Source: Eledone cirrhosa
Lineage: Eukaryota
Direction: 5' to 3'
Length of the DNA: 64,000 nucleotides
NCBI GenBank assembly: GCA_964016885.1
Contig: OZ024749.1
Coordinates: forward strand, 10,974,001-11,038,000
Shown here: piece after piece, positions 53,670 through 64,000 of the stretch
How positions within the stretch are numbered: the stretch's first letter is position 1
Layout of the letters: each line of letters begins with the position of its first letter
Made by a program: the position numbers and the translations under genes
The notes under the pieces: generated by a model
Databases searched by the model: none
What the model was told of the DNA's origin: nothing
What the model saw: only the letters and a program-made list of their open reading frames with translations

Positions 53670-54361
53670 ATAAAGTAATACATATTTTAGACTCTTCTTT
53701 GGACTATCTATAAAAAGTCTCCATTCATGAGGATCATACTATAGAGCACCCATCACTTTTAACAGTACCGCCATGTCACAACAGTAAACAAAATCTTTTT
53801 CAATTTTAAAGAATGCCAAGAGATCTTTTTCCCTGTTCCAATAAAAAGTTACATTTGTTTCTCTCTGCAGCATATTCTTCTCTTTAAGTCTAGAAGCTAA
53901 CAGTTCTGATAACTCTTTTGACAGGCCTAAGCTTCTAACTAAAGCATTCAGGCCTGCCTGGTTGAACTTTTCACATTCCTTGGTTGCTGTATCTACAAAG
54001 ACTGTATCACTGTTGTGTTGATGATGTTCATCTGATACACATATATCAGTGAAGGTAATTCCGTGTAAATAGGGACTGGTACTTCATCTGAGTGAAGCTC
54101 AGGATGAATTGATGAATTGAGATTTGGGTAACTTATTTTCTGTCAAGTTTTCTTGCTATAATCAGAAGTCTTTGTGAGACAATAGTAACAATCTTCTACA
54201 TGATTCTTTGGCTCCCACCATATCATAGGAAAGCCAAATGCTAGTTGTTTTCTTGTGCCCTTTGTCCATTGGCGTAGATTTTCGACACATTGTGTGGGGC
54301 CCACGATTTATCCTGATCACCAAATTTAAGCTTAAAGTAAGCCAAGTATGGTCTTCTTGTA

Positions 54362-54990
54362 AATGTGACCTAGGCATTACTGTCAGCAGCGATTTGTGTT
54401 GGATGAAGCACGTCTCTAAAATTGTCAAGAAGGCTGAGAGTGTCTTAGCATCACTCAGCAAGACCTTTGTCAGCCACTCTCCAGCTATCTATTTAAAGCT
54501 GTTCAGAACATTGACTTCCTGGAAACTGTTCAGAGACATGCAACCAAGTGAATACCCTCCATCAGGCATCTATCATACTCTGAACGCCTTGCTTCCCTGG
54601 GCATGGATACATTGAAGCTCTGACATCTGGCTGATTTCCATGTGTCTAACACACGTGGGCATGCCTACAAAGTCAGAAAATAGCACAGCTCCTATGACTT
54701 TCGGAAACATTTTTTCACGCTCAGAGTTGCTGAAGCATGGAACAAACTACCTGCATCAGTTGTTAGCTGTCGAGACACTGCATCCTTTAAAACCGCCATG
54801 CTTCCTGAGATTCGCCAACACTGCACCTGATGTCCCCCCTCCATACACACGCACACGTGTATTTTATGACTCATACACTGTTCATTTTCTTGACATTTGA
54901 ACATGATTCTATGTACTATACGTGCACCTTTGATGAGTTGTAGTGCTCCTGAGCATTGTACACAATAATTTCATTATTATTATTATTATT
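54362..54990 (+). mobile_element. CR1-group LINE 3' fragment with (ATT)n tail
   Basis: DLGITVSSDLCW..HVSKIVKKA, LETVQRHATK.IP..LSYSERLASLG and FRKHFFTLRVAEAWNKLPASVV. Confidence 0.88.
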
Positions 54991-55482
54991 GTTCTTTGAG
55001 TCTCAGTCATTGATGTTAGTTAACTGGATAGTTTGTTGAAATGAATATCAAGCCTCTACCTGCAGCCTCAGATATTCAGGACGTATCGGAGGGTTCTTGC
55101 TGTTCCCAGCAAGCATGCCTTTTGAAGCGTTCCAAAAAGCGTGGTGGGGCCAATTTTCTTTAACCATCCCTAGAAACTTTTTGAGATAGTACCTAGTGCG
55201 CCTATGACAATCGGGACCACTTTGACTTCATGGCAGTTCCAAATCCTTTTTACCTCCCACTTTAAGTCCTGGTATCGGTTAATTTTCTCCCTCTCCTTCT
55301 CTTGCACTCTCGTGTCGAATGGGCAGGCCACATCTACAATCAGGCACGATCTTTTTTCCTTGTCCAAAACTACCAGGTCAGGTCTATTGTGTTCCAGTTT
55401 CTTGTCCGTCTGTATCCTAAAATCCCACAGCACCTTCACCTGATCGTTTTCTATCACCGACTCTGGCTTATGCTCATACCAC
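54991..55482 (-). mobile_element. 5'-truncated R4/Dong-type non-LTR element (REL endonuclease domain and 3' UTR)
   Basis: WYEHKPESVIEN..VLWDFRIQTD..HNRPDLVV..IVDVACPFD..EREKINRYQDL..VVPIVIGALG..LQKACLLGTARTLR, with one in-frame stop. (TAA)n lies on both sides. Confidence 0.88.
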
Positions 55483-55628
55483 ATTATTATTATTATTATT
55501 ATTATTATTTGTGCCAAAAGTAGAAACAATTATTATATAGCAAAAAGAGTTAGGGGAATGCAAACATTTTCTTCATAATGAAGCCATGCTACTGAACACC
55601 TGTGTTATTCCTTAAAATCAATCTGAAA

Positions 55629-55698
55629 AGAGGGAAAATAATTATTAGATATAATTATTAGATATATTATAAATATATCTAATAATTATTTTCCCTCT
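55629..55698. repeat. AT-rich palindrome with 24-bp arms
   Basis: AGAGGGAAAATAATTATTAGATAT ... ATATCTAATAATTATTTTCCCTCT. Confidence 0.9.
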
Positions 55699-55716
55699 AT
55701 CTAGGTGTATCTAGAT

Positions 55717-56264
55717 CAGTGATTCCCCACAGGGAGGCAATTTGAAAGTGATATAATACAACCAAACTTCCAGTTATACTTTGTCTACACATGTTATTGT
55801 GTATCTGGCAGCACCTACAAGCAGTTTTACACTTTGGAGTTGATTTTGATCATCGCTGCAACACTTTGTAGTAAACATCAAGCTCAAGGATTTCACTTGC
55901 ACGATTGGTGGATTGGCAGTACCGGTAGAGGGTCGGACGCCATGCATTTCAGCGTAGAGTTACGCCCCGAGTTCAAATCCCGCCGGGGTCGATAAAATAA
56001 AGTACCAGTAATGCACTGGAATAATTGCTGGCCTTGTGCGAAAAGAAGAAACAATTATTTTGTACTTGGTGAGTTAAGTTGAGCTTAAATTGGAAGAAAA
56101 AATTGTTGGCCTAATTTTTAGGTGTTTAATTAAAGGATTTTTACTTTATATTACAGTAATTACACTTTTACAAAACACATTTTTTTTTTAATATCAAAGG
56201 GTGACATAAACATTTTTTAGATGTTGAGGTGGAGAAGGGAGCAAAAAAAGGTTGGGAACCACTG
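55717..56264 (+). mobile_element. hAT (Charlie-type) deletion derivative containing a SINE1 at ~55905-56056
   Basis: TIRs CAGTGATTCCCCA / TTGGGAACCACTG and a perfect 8-bp TSD ATCTAGAT. An internal relic KHQAQGFH resembles Charlie transposase C-termini. Confidence 0.85.
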
Positions 56265-56349
56265 ATCTAGATAGATAAAAGTCTAAATACATAAATAAAA
56301 TATCAACATGAATTTTAGCTATAGGTGGGGCCAATATGGACCAGCCCAT

Positions 56350-56461
56350 AGATTTTTAAAAATTGACGTGATAGGAAAAAAGTAATGTCATTTTTAAACT
56401 CAGCGGCCTCAAAAAACTTAGGTCGGCAGAAAAAAAGCAACAGTTTTGCAGTTTATCTGTG
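56350..56461 (-). mobile_element. Possible Chapaev3-like terminal sequence
   Basis: Minus strand reads CACAG...GCTGAGTTTAAAAATGACATTACTTTTTTCCTATCACGTCA, resembling recalled Chapaev3 ends. Orientation fits the transposase relic. Confidence 0.45.
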
Positions 56462-56530
56462 AGTTTTTCACACATGCGCACACACAGCATATTATTACAA
56501 CTGATCAAAAGAGGGTCACAAGAAAATTTA

Positions 56531-56866
56531 TCATCATCATTATCATCATCATCATTTTACGTCCACTTTTCCCTGCTTGCAAGGGTGGGGCGGGAACTGA
56601 TTCTGGCTTGATTTCTACAGCTGGATGCTCTTCCTAACACCAATCTCATTTACAGTGAGTGCTGGGTGTGTTTTGCCGTGGCACTTCCACTTTGCAGTGG
56701 AATGATAGGGACCCCAGTCCTATCATCTCATTTTTACAGCTGAGTAAACTGGAGCAATGTGAAATAAAGTGTCTTGCTCAAGAAAATAACACATCATCTG
56801 GTCTGAGAATTGAACTCACAACCTTTTGATTGCAAGGCCAATGCTCTAACCACTAAGCCATGTGTC
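56531..56866 (-). mobile_element. SINE family 2, full length
   Basis: Reverse-complement match to 62843-63213. Confidence 0.88.
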
Positions 56867-57620
56867 TCTATATGATTAAAAATAAAAGTGAGGTCATGAA
56901 GATGAAGGAAGAATGTGTTAGAAACATGTAAGATATCAATAAAATTTGATTAATGGAGGGTTGTAAGGAAAAGTCTGGTGAAAATGAAGCCGTGGGGGAA
57001 GTGTAAGATATAACGCATGTAGTATTATATTATGAGGGGTCAATAAATAGTTGTCTGGTAAAAATGTCACAAGGGAAGAGAGTATATGTGATATCCTGAT
57101 CAATAAAAGATCATGGGAAAATTTGTCTGGTAAAAATTAATGTGGTCACTGTGTAAGATAGATATGTGATTTCCTACATCAATATCAGATCTGATCAATA
57201 TATTTAATAGTTTGACCTACATCAATGGTGTCCATTAAATGCTGATTTATTTGGATTGGCTTCAACAAAACCACGACATTCATGTATTTTTCAAAGAAAA
57301 TAACCAACTGAAATCAAGTGAAATAACCACTGAAGATTGTAACCAGGTCATATATTCCTTCAATTATATGTTGCCCCCCGCCTCCCATACTATATAATTA
57401 AGACAGCAAGTGGTGTGTAAGGGGTCATTAGGGACATTAGACATATAAATTATAGGTAATTTAAGTTCTGTATCCAAGAAGACAGCATACACTTCTTTTT
57501 ATAAAAAATAACAACTGATCATACACTACTATTAGTATTCAAGGGAAATATTCTATAGCTGAAATGTGTACATCCCAACGGAAATGACTATAATAATAGC
57601 CTATCATTATAATGAGATGT

Positions 57621-57810
57621 GGCGGTGGATTGGCAGTATCAGTAGAGGGTCGGACGCCATGCTTTGACACATAGAGTTACGGTCCTTTATGATCTGAGTT
57701 CAAATCCCGCCGAGGTTAACTTTGCCTTTCATCCTTACGGGGATGATAAAATAAAGTACCAGTAATACACTGGGGTAATTGTTGGCCTTGTGCCAAAAGT
57801 AGAAACAATT
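57621..57810 (+). mobile_element. SINE family 1, full length (tRNA-like head plus Deu/Nin-like domain)
   Basis: A-box-like TGGCAGTATCAG, B box GTTCAAATCC, and GCCTTTCATCCTTACGGGG..GATAAAATAAAGTACCAG. Confidence 0.88.
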
Positions 57811-58014
57811 ATAATACATGTGATAGATGTGAGTGTTCAATATTTAGCAGGGCTACTTTAATTCTCTCAACTGTTATTTATAATAATTGACTATTATTAT
57901 GGTCATTTGTGTTGGAACACACACATTTCAAATTTTTTCCATGCTTCTTAAGTCAGCCACATTGTGTATACTTCTAGTTACAGGTTTAAAATCTTCGAAA
58001 ATGACGGAATTGGT

Positions 58015-60553
58015 GGTTCTTTAGTGTAGTGGTTAACACACTTGCCTGGCATCTGAGAGATCTGGGCCTCACTCATATCCTCACCCATACCTCTGTCTAC
58101 TGTTCTTTAGTGTTAACACACTTGCCTGGCAACTGAGAGATCTGGGCCTCACTCATATCCTCACTCATACCTCTGTCTACTGTTCTTTAGTGTTAATACA
58201 CTTGCCTGGCATCTGAGAGATCTGGGCCTCACTCATATCCTCACTCATACCTCTGTCTACTGTTCTTTAGTGTTAACACACTTGCCTGGTATCTGAGAGA
58301 TCTGGGCCTCACTCATATCCTCACCCATACCTCTGTCTACTGTTCTTTAGTGGTTAACACACTTGCCTGGCAACTGAGAGATCTGGGCCTCACTCATATC
58401 CTCACCCATACCCCTGTCTACTGTTCTTTAGTGGTTAACACACTTGCCTGGCAACTGAGAGATCTGGGTCTCACTCATATCCTCACCCATACCTCTGTCT
58501 ACTGTTCTTTAGTGTTAACACACTTTCCTGGCAACTGAGAGATCTGGGTCTCACTCATATCCTCACCCACACCTCTGTCTACTGTTCTTTAGTGTTAACA
58601 CACTTTCCTGGCAACTGAGAGATCTGGGCCTCACTCATATCCTCACCCACACCTCTGTCTACTGTTCTTTAGTGTTAACACACTTTCCTGGCAACTGAGA
58701 GATCTGGGCCTCACTCATATCCTCACCCATACCTCTGTCTACTGTTCTTTAGTGGTTAACACACTTGCCTGGCAACTGAGAGATCTGGGCCTCACTCATA
58801 TCCTCACCCATACCTTTGTCTACTGTTCTTTAGTGTTAACACACTTGCCTGGCAACTGAGAGATCTGGGCCTCACTCATATCCTCACCCATACCTCTGTC
58901 TACTGTTCTTTAGTGTTAACACACTTGCCTGGCAACTGAGAGATCTGGGCCTCATTCATATCCTCACTCACACCTCTGTCTACTGTTCTTTAGTGGTTAA
59001 CACACTTGCCTGGCATCTGAGAGATCTGGGCCTCACTCATATCCTCACTCATACCTCTGTCTACTGTTCTTTAGTGTTAACACACTTTCCTGGCAACTGA
59101 GAGATCTGGGCCTCACTCATATCCTCACCCATACCTCTGTCTACTGTTCTTTAGTGGTTAACACACTTGCCTGGCAACTGAGAGATCTGGGCCTCACTCA
59201 TATCCTCACTCACACCTCTGTCTACTGTTCTTTAGTGGTTAACACACTTGCCTGGCATCTGAGAGATCTGGGCCTCACTCATATCCTCACTCATACCTCT
59301 GTCTACTGTTCTTTAGTGTTAACACACTTGCCTGGCATCTGAGAGATCTGGGCCTCACTCATATCCTCACCCATACCTCTGTCTACTGTTCTTTAGTGGT
59401 TAACACACTTTCCTGGCAACTGAGAGATCTGGGCCTCACTCATATCCTCACCCATACCCCTGTCTACTGTTCTTTAGTGGTTAACACACTTGCCTGGCAA
59501 CTGAGAGATCTGGGCCTCACTCATATCCTCACCCACACCTCTGTCTACTGTTCTTTAGTGTTAACACACTTGCCTGGCAACTGAGAGATCTGGGCCTCAC
59601 TCATATCCTCACCCATACCTCTGTCTACTGTTCTTTAGTGGTTAACACACTTGCCTGGCAACTGAGAGATCTGGGTCTCACTCATATCCTCACCCATACC
59701 TTTGTCTACTGTTCTTTAGTGTTAACACACTTGCCTGGCAACTGAGAGATCTGGGCCTCACTCATATCCTCACCCATACCTCTGTCTACTGTTCTTTAGT
59801 GGTTAACACACTTGCCTGGCAACTGAGAGATCTGGGTCTCACTCATATCCTCACCCATACCTTTGTCTACTGTTCTTTAGTGTTAATACACTTGCCTGGC
59901 AACTGAGAGATCTGGGCCTCACTCATATCCTCACCCATACCTCTGTCTACTGTTCTTTAGTGTTAACACACTTTCCTGGCAACTGAGAGATCTGGGCCTC
60001 ACTCATATCCTCACTCATATCCTCACTCACACCTCTGTCTACTGTTCTTTAGTGGTTAACACACTTGCCTGGCATCTGAGAGATCTGGGCCTCACTCATA
60101 TCCTCACTCATACCTCTGTCTACTGTTCTTTAGTGTTAACACACTTGCCTGGCAACTGAGAGATCTGGGCCTCACTCATATCCTCACCCATACCTCTGTC
60201 TACTGTTCCTTAGTGTTAACACACTTGCCTGGCAACTGAGAGATCTGGGCCTCACTCATATCCTCACCCACACCTCTGTCTACTGTTCTTTAGTGGTTAA
60301 CACACTTGCCTGGCAACTGAGAGATCTGGGCCTCACTCATATCCTCACCCACACCTCTGTCTACTGTTCTTTAGTGGTTAACACACTTGCCTGGCAACTG
60401 AGAGATCTGGGCCTCACTCATATCCTCACCCATACCTCTGTCTACTGTTCTTTAGTGGTTAACACACTTGCCTGGCATCTGAGAGATCTGGGCCTCACTC
60501 ACACCTCTGTCTACTGTTCTTTAGTGGTTAACACACTTGCCTGGCAACTGAGA
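58015..60553 (+). repeat. 80/81-bp satellite with a tRNA-like 5' half, ~31 copies
   Basis: Unit GTTCTTTAGTG(G)TTAACACACTTGCCTGGCA(A/T)CTGAGAGATCTGGGCCTCACTCATATCCTCACCCATACCTCTGTCTACT. Confidence 0.96.
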
Positions 60554-60818
60554 CTGGCCATGCTGGGGCACCAGACTTTTTTTACTGGTTTCAGTCATTA
60601 GACTGTGGCCATGATGGGGCACCAGACTTTTTTTACTGGTTTCAGTCATTAGACTGCAGCCAGTATAAGAGCGATCGACTTTTGTCAAATCGGACCGAAG
60701 AAACAATGTTTCCATTGGTCTTTCTAATTGCTAATACTGTCTATCAGTTGCAACTCCAGGTAGAAGGAGCAACTTGAAATAGTGTCTTGCTCAAGGACAT
60801 AACGCATTGCCTGGTCAG
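60553..60818 (-). mobile_element. Rearranged SINE remnant with a ~52-bp duplication
   Basis: GGCCATG.TGGGGCACCAGACTTTTTTTACTGGTTTCAGTCATTAGACTG occurs twice; CORE-like GTGTCTTGCTCAAGGAC follows. Confidence 0.55.
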
Positions 60819-61073
60819 TATTATTAGTTTAAATTTATTAGAAAAAGGAGAAAGAAGTGTCTTGTATTAGACATTAGTCCATCATCAGGAAAGAGAAAAG
60901 GTTGAAATAGGAAAAAGTAAAAGGGGCTTCAGTTTCCATGTATCAGATTTCTCTCACAAGGCTTTAGAGGTTATCAAGATGCCATACAGTGGCACTGAAC
61001 CTAAAACCCTTTGTCTGTAAAATGAAAATTTCTTTGTTTAGTTAGAGAAATTCCTTTAAATTATATGCTTTAG

Positions 61074-61156
61074 GTATTACAGCAAGTATAGGACCAGCGG
61101 ACAGAATGGAGAACAACTCACAGGACCCAGTCTTGCCAAATTTTGCCCTGAGAGCA
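61074..61156 (+). other. Candidate isolated coding exon (83 bp)
   Basis: Acceptor TATGCTTTAG, donor GTGAGT, higher GC than the flanks, and two open frames (YYSKYRTSGQNGEQLTGPSLAKFCPES or ITASIGPADRMENNSQDPVLPNFALRA). No homology recognised. Confidence 0.35.
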
Positions 61157-61276
61157 GTGAGTAGAAAGGTGGTACAGTAACCATAAATGTCAGAAGTGTC
61201 CAATGTTACAAGTTTGAGAAGAAAGCAGTTGATACTTCAACAAAAGAAGAGAGTGAAGTTATATTTAATAGATTAA

Positions 61277-61487
61277 CCCTTTAGCATTTAAACCAGCCGC
61301 ATCCAGCCAGAATTCTCTCATCTCTTTCTGTTCAAACCGACCATAACCAGCCGCTCAAACTGATGTTAAGGTATTGTTCTCAAAATTAATAAAATCAAAA
61401 TCTCATAGATTCGATATTATGTGAGATATAATGTAAGATAAAACCTTTACTATTAAAATACAATAAAGTAGTGTAAATGCTAAAGGG
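61277..61487 (+). mobile_element. piggyBac-like MITE (family A)
   Basis: TTAA|CCCTTTAGCATTTA...TAAATGCTAAAGGG|TTAA with a perfect 14-bp TIR. Confidence 0.9.
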
Positions 61488-61931
61488 TTAAATAACAAAA
61501 GTAGTTTCTTGGTTCTGAGATTTGGAAGAAAAAATGATCTCTGTGAAATGTTTAAAATACTTCATGTTTAGTTGATTTCAATGAAATAAGTTTGAATGAT
61601 ATTTGTATTTTATGTTCTGTTAGGTATCTATAAATCAAACAATAAACCATATAGAGAAATATATATAATATTATATTATAAAACTCTTCATTTAGTCAAT
61701 GATACTAAAAACATTTAAATATAGCAAATAAATATATTATCCAATGAAGATAAGCTTGGCTTGAAAATAACATTCTATTTTGGTGGAATTAAAAAAAAAA
61801 AACTCATGCTCAATGAAAAACAAATGAAAAAACAAAGCTATAACTATTTGAAATTAAAAAAAAAATGCTTTGTGAAATTTGTTTTTTTGAATTTCACTCT
61901 GTAGGCTGTATTAATTATCAAACTGGTTTAA

Positions 61932-62149
61932 CCCTTTAGCATTTAAACCGGCCATATCCGGCCTGAATTCTCTAACCTCTTTCTGTTCAAACCAGCTGTA
62001 ACTGGCTGCTCATACTGATGTTAAGGTATTGTTCTTAAAATAAATAATAAAATCTCAAAGCTTCAATATTATGTGAGGTAATTATGTGAGGTAAAGACTT
62101 TATCGTGAAAATACAATAGTAAATATAGAGTAATGTAAATTCTAAAGGG
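61932..62149 (+). mobile_element. piggyBac-like MITE (family A)
   Basis: TTAA|CCCTTTAGCATTTA...TAAATTCTAAAGGG|TTAA. Confidence 0.9.
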
Positions 62150-62177
62150 TTAAAATTTCTTTCTGTAGGCTATAAGG

Positions 62178-62365
62178 ATTTCTGATTTAGGCACAAGGCC
62201 AGCAATTTTGGGGGGGAGAGAAAAGTTGATTAAATCGACTGCAGTGCATGACTGGTACTTTATTTTATCAACCCCGTAAGGATGAAAGGCAAAGCTAACC
62301 TCTGCAGGATTTGAATTATAGGGCTGTAACTCTATGCTCCAAAGGGTGTTGTCTGACGCTCTCAC
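62178..62365 (-). mobile_element. SINE family 1, longer 3' variant
   Basis: AGGCACAAGGCCAGCAATTTTGGG..CTGGTACTTTATTTTATCAACCCCGTAAGGATGAAAGGCAAAG. Confidence 0.8.
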
Positions 62366-62594
62366 AAACTGGTTTAAAATTATTTTCCTTTTATCTTTTC
62401 TGTAAAAATAGCTTTTAAAAAAATATCGGGCTTCAAAATTGCCATTTGAAATTCCTTCAATGGCCATAACTGTGTTTTACTATTGTATGTCGACATGTTC
62501 ACTGACAAAGCAGCTGGGAGATACAACAAAGAAATTCAGACAAAATCTAACTAGATATCTATATCAAAGACTCCTAGGTTGCATAACATACATA

Positions 62595-62632
<38 letters not shown>

Positions 62633-62662
62633 CTAAGACTTGTAGCTTGCATAATACACATA

Positions 62663-62740
<78 letters not shown>
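62663..62740. repeat. (TA)n(GA)n compound microsatellite
   Basis: Visible directly. Confidence 0.95.
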
Positions 62741-62744
<4 letters not shown>

Positions 62745-62785
62745 GAATTAGAATTTAGCTTCGAACATAGCTGTATACAGATATG

Positions 62786-63401
62786 TATTTGAATTTCTTG
62801 TTTATTAAAAAAATATGGTATGTTTATAAATAAACATTTAGAGGCACATGGCCTAGTGGTTAGAGCATTGGCTTTGCAATCGAAAGGTTGTGAGTTCAAT
62901 TCTCAGACCGGGTGATGTGTTGTTTCCTTGAGCAAGACACTTTATTTCACATTGCTCCAGTTTACTCAGCTGTAGAAATGAGATGATAGGACTGGGGTCC
63001 CTATCATTCTACTGCAAAGTGGTCGTGGAGGTGCCATGGCAAAAAAGCACCCAGCACTCACTGTAAATGAAGTTGGTGTTAGGAAGGGCATCCAGCTGTA
63101 GAAATCAAGCTAGAATCAGTTCCCGTATGAGCAAGACAAGGTCAGCCGACCGGACACTGGTCCCACCCTTGCAAGCAGGGAAAAGCGGACGTAAAATGAT
63201 GATGATGGTGATGAAAGCCATAGCTATGAAAAACACTGGCAGAAGCAAGGAGTACAATTGTCGATACACCAACGATTGTCCCCCTTGCTTCTGCCAGACA
63301 CTGCTGTGTGGTGTTAGCTGCCAATGATTTTCATAGCTTTGGCTTTCTAAATGTTTATTTATAAACATATCGTATTTCTTTAGAAATACAAAATTCAAAT
63401 A
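62786..63401. mobile_element. Foldback/palindromic MITE-like element split by a SINE2
   Basis: Left arm 62786-62842 plus 63214-63242 is the imperfect reverse complement of 63319-63401. Confidence 0.7.
62843..63213 (+). mobile_element. SINE family 2, full length
   Basis: tRNA-like head GGCACATGGCCTAGTGGTTAGAGCATTGGCTTTGCAATCGAAAGGTTGTGAGTTCAATTCTC (GCA loop), CORE-like TCCTTGAGCAAGACACTTT, an AGGAAGGGCATCCAGCTGTAGAAA block and a (GAT)n tail. Confidence 0.9.
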
Positions 63402-64000
63402 AATATATATATATATATATCAAAAACCTCTAGCTTGCATAACACACATAATACCAGCATTTCAAAAACTATTGAAAGGAATTCTATGTTTCATTGTAAT
63501 TTCTAAGCTCTAACATTACTAAAACAGTCCATACTTGTCTCTTTTCCTTTGAATTTATTCTATCTTCATTACAAGAAAATGTACAATGAAAAATGTGTGT
63601 GTGTGTGTTCTGGTTGTATTTTTTCATAAATTTTCACCAATAGAGAGTTGGTTTCTAACAGAAACAAAACTCTTTCATTACAATTTAGACATTAACTAGG
63701 TAAATATGTCTGTCTGTGTGTGTATGTTTGGGTATAGATGTTATTGCATGTGTGGATCTGCGTGTTTTGTGTTGGTGTTGTTTCTGTATCTGTACATGTG
63801 TATATGCAGTTATTTCATGCAGAATTTCTGGAATGTTTTATATATTTTTACTGTCCATTAATGGATTGTACTTGTATTTTCCTAACTAGTCGTGTTCTTT
63901 TTGGTTCTGTGAAGCCCAGCTTCTCAAGATTTCTGGAATATTACTGGAACATTCCACCAGTACTCTTTCATATTATGTATGTATATGTCTTCCACATTGC

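Larger units (their letters stand above)
52962..54355 (-). pseudogene. Chapaev3-like (CMC superfamily) DNA transposase relic, interrupted by a MITE and a SINE
   Basis: YLAYFKLKFGDQDKSWAPH, LRQWTKG..FGFPMIWWEPKNHVEDCYYC, FNQAGLNALVRSLGLSKELSELLASRLKEKN, WRLFIDS, DLKMVNFLL, YTKYLCFLCLWDSRAK, and LHI|KVGLMKQVIKAI across the MITE. Family assignment is from recalled motifs. Confidence 0.8.

Noticed and set aside
57984-58012. Small exon FKIFENDGI before the 80-bp array
   Set aside because: Acceptor is plausible but the donor (GTGGTT) is weak and the segment is too short to support.
62843-62915. tRNA-Cys gene
   Set aside because: No acceptor-stem closure; it continues into a SINE body found in three copies.
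63885-63975. Gypsy gag-like remnant (FWF..EAQ..)
   Set aside because: Too short, frameshifted and at the window edge.

Overview
AT-rich, repeat-saturated eukaryotic DNA with no recognisable intact host gene. The SINE/LINE repertoire suggests a coleoid cephalopod such as an octopus (inference from recall, not a database result). About half of the window is long tandem arrays with units of ~20, 24, 26, 30, 37, 49 and 80 bp. The rest is decayed mobile DNA: RTE-clade LINEs, a Penelope-like element, a CR1 fragment, an R4/Dong-type REL element, a Chapaev3-like transposase relic, a non-autonomous Helitron, piggyBac-, hAT- and pogo-type MITEs, and two tRNA-derived SINE families. All very long ORFs in the track are artefacts of stop-free repeat units. 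The most notable signal is satellites that arose in place from transposon sequence. One RTE copy (~40.8-48.2 kb) contains two kilobase-scale arrays whose units are pieces of its own ORF. Other arrays derive from a SINE/LINE 3' module and from a tRNA-like head. Boundaries were read by eye and are approximate unless a TSD is quoted.
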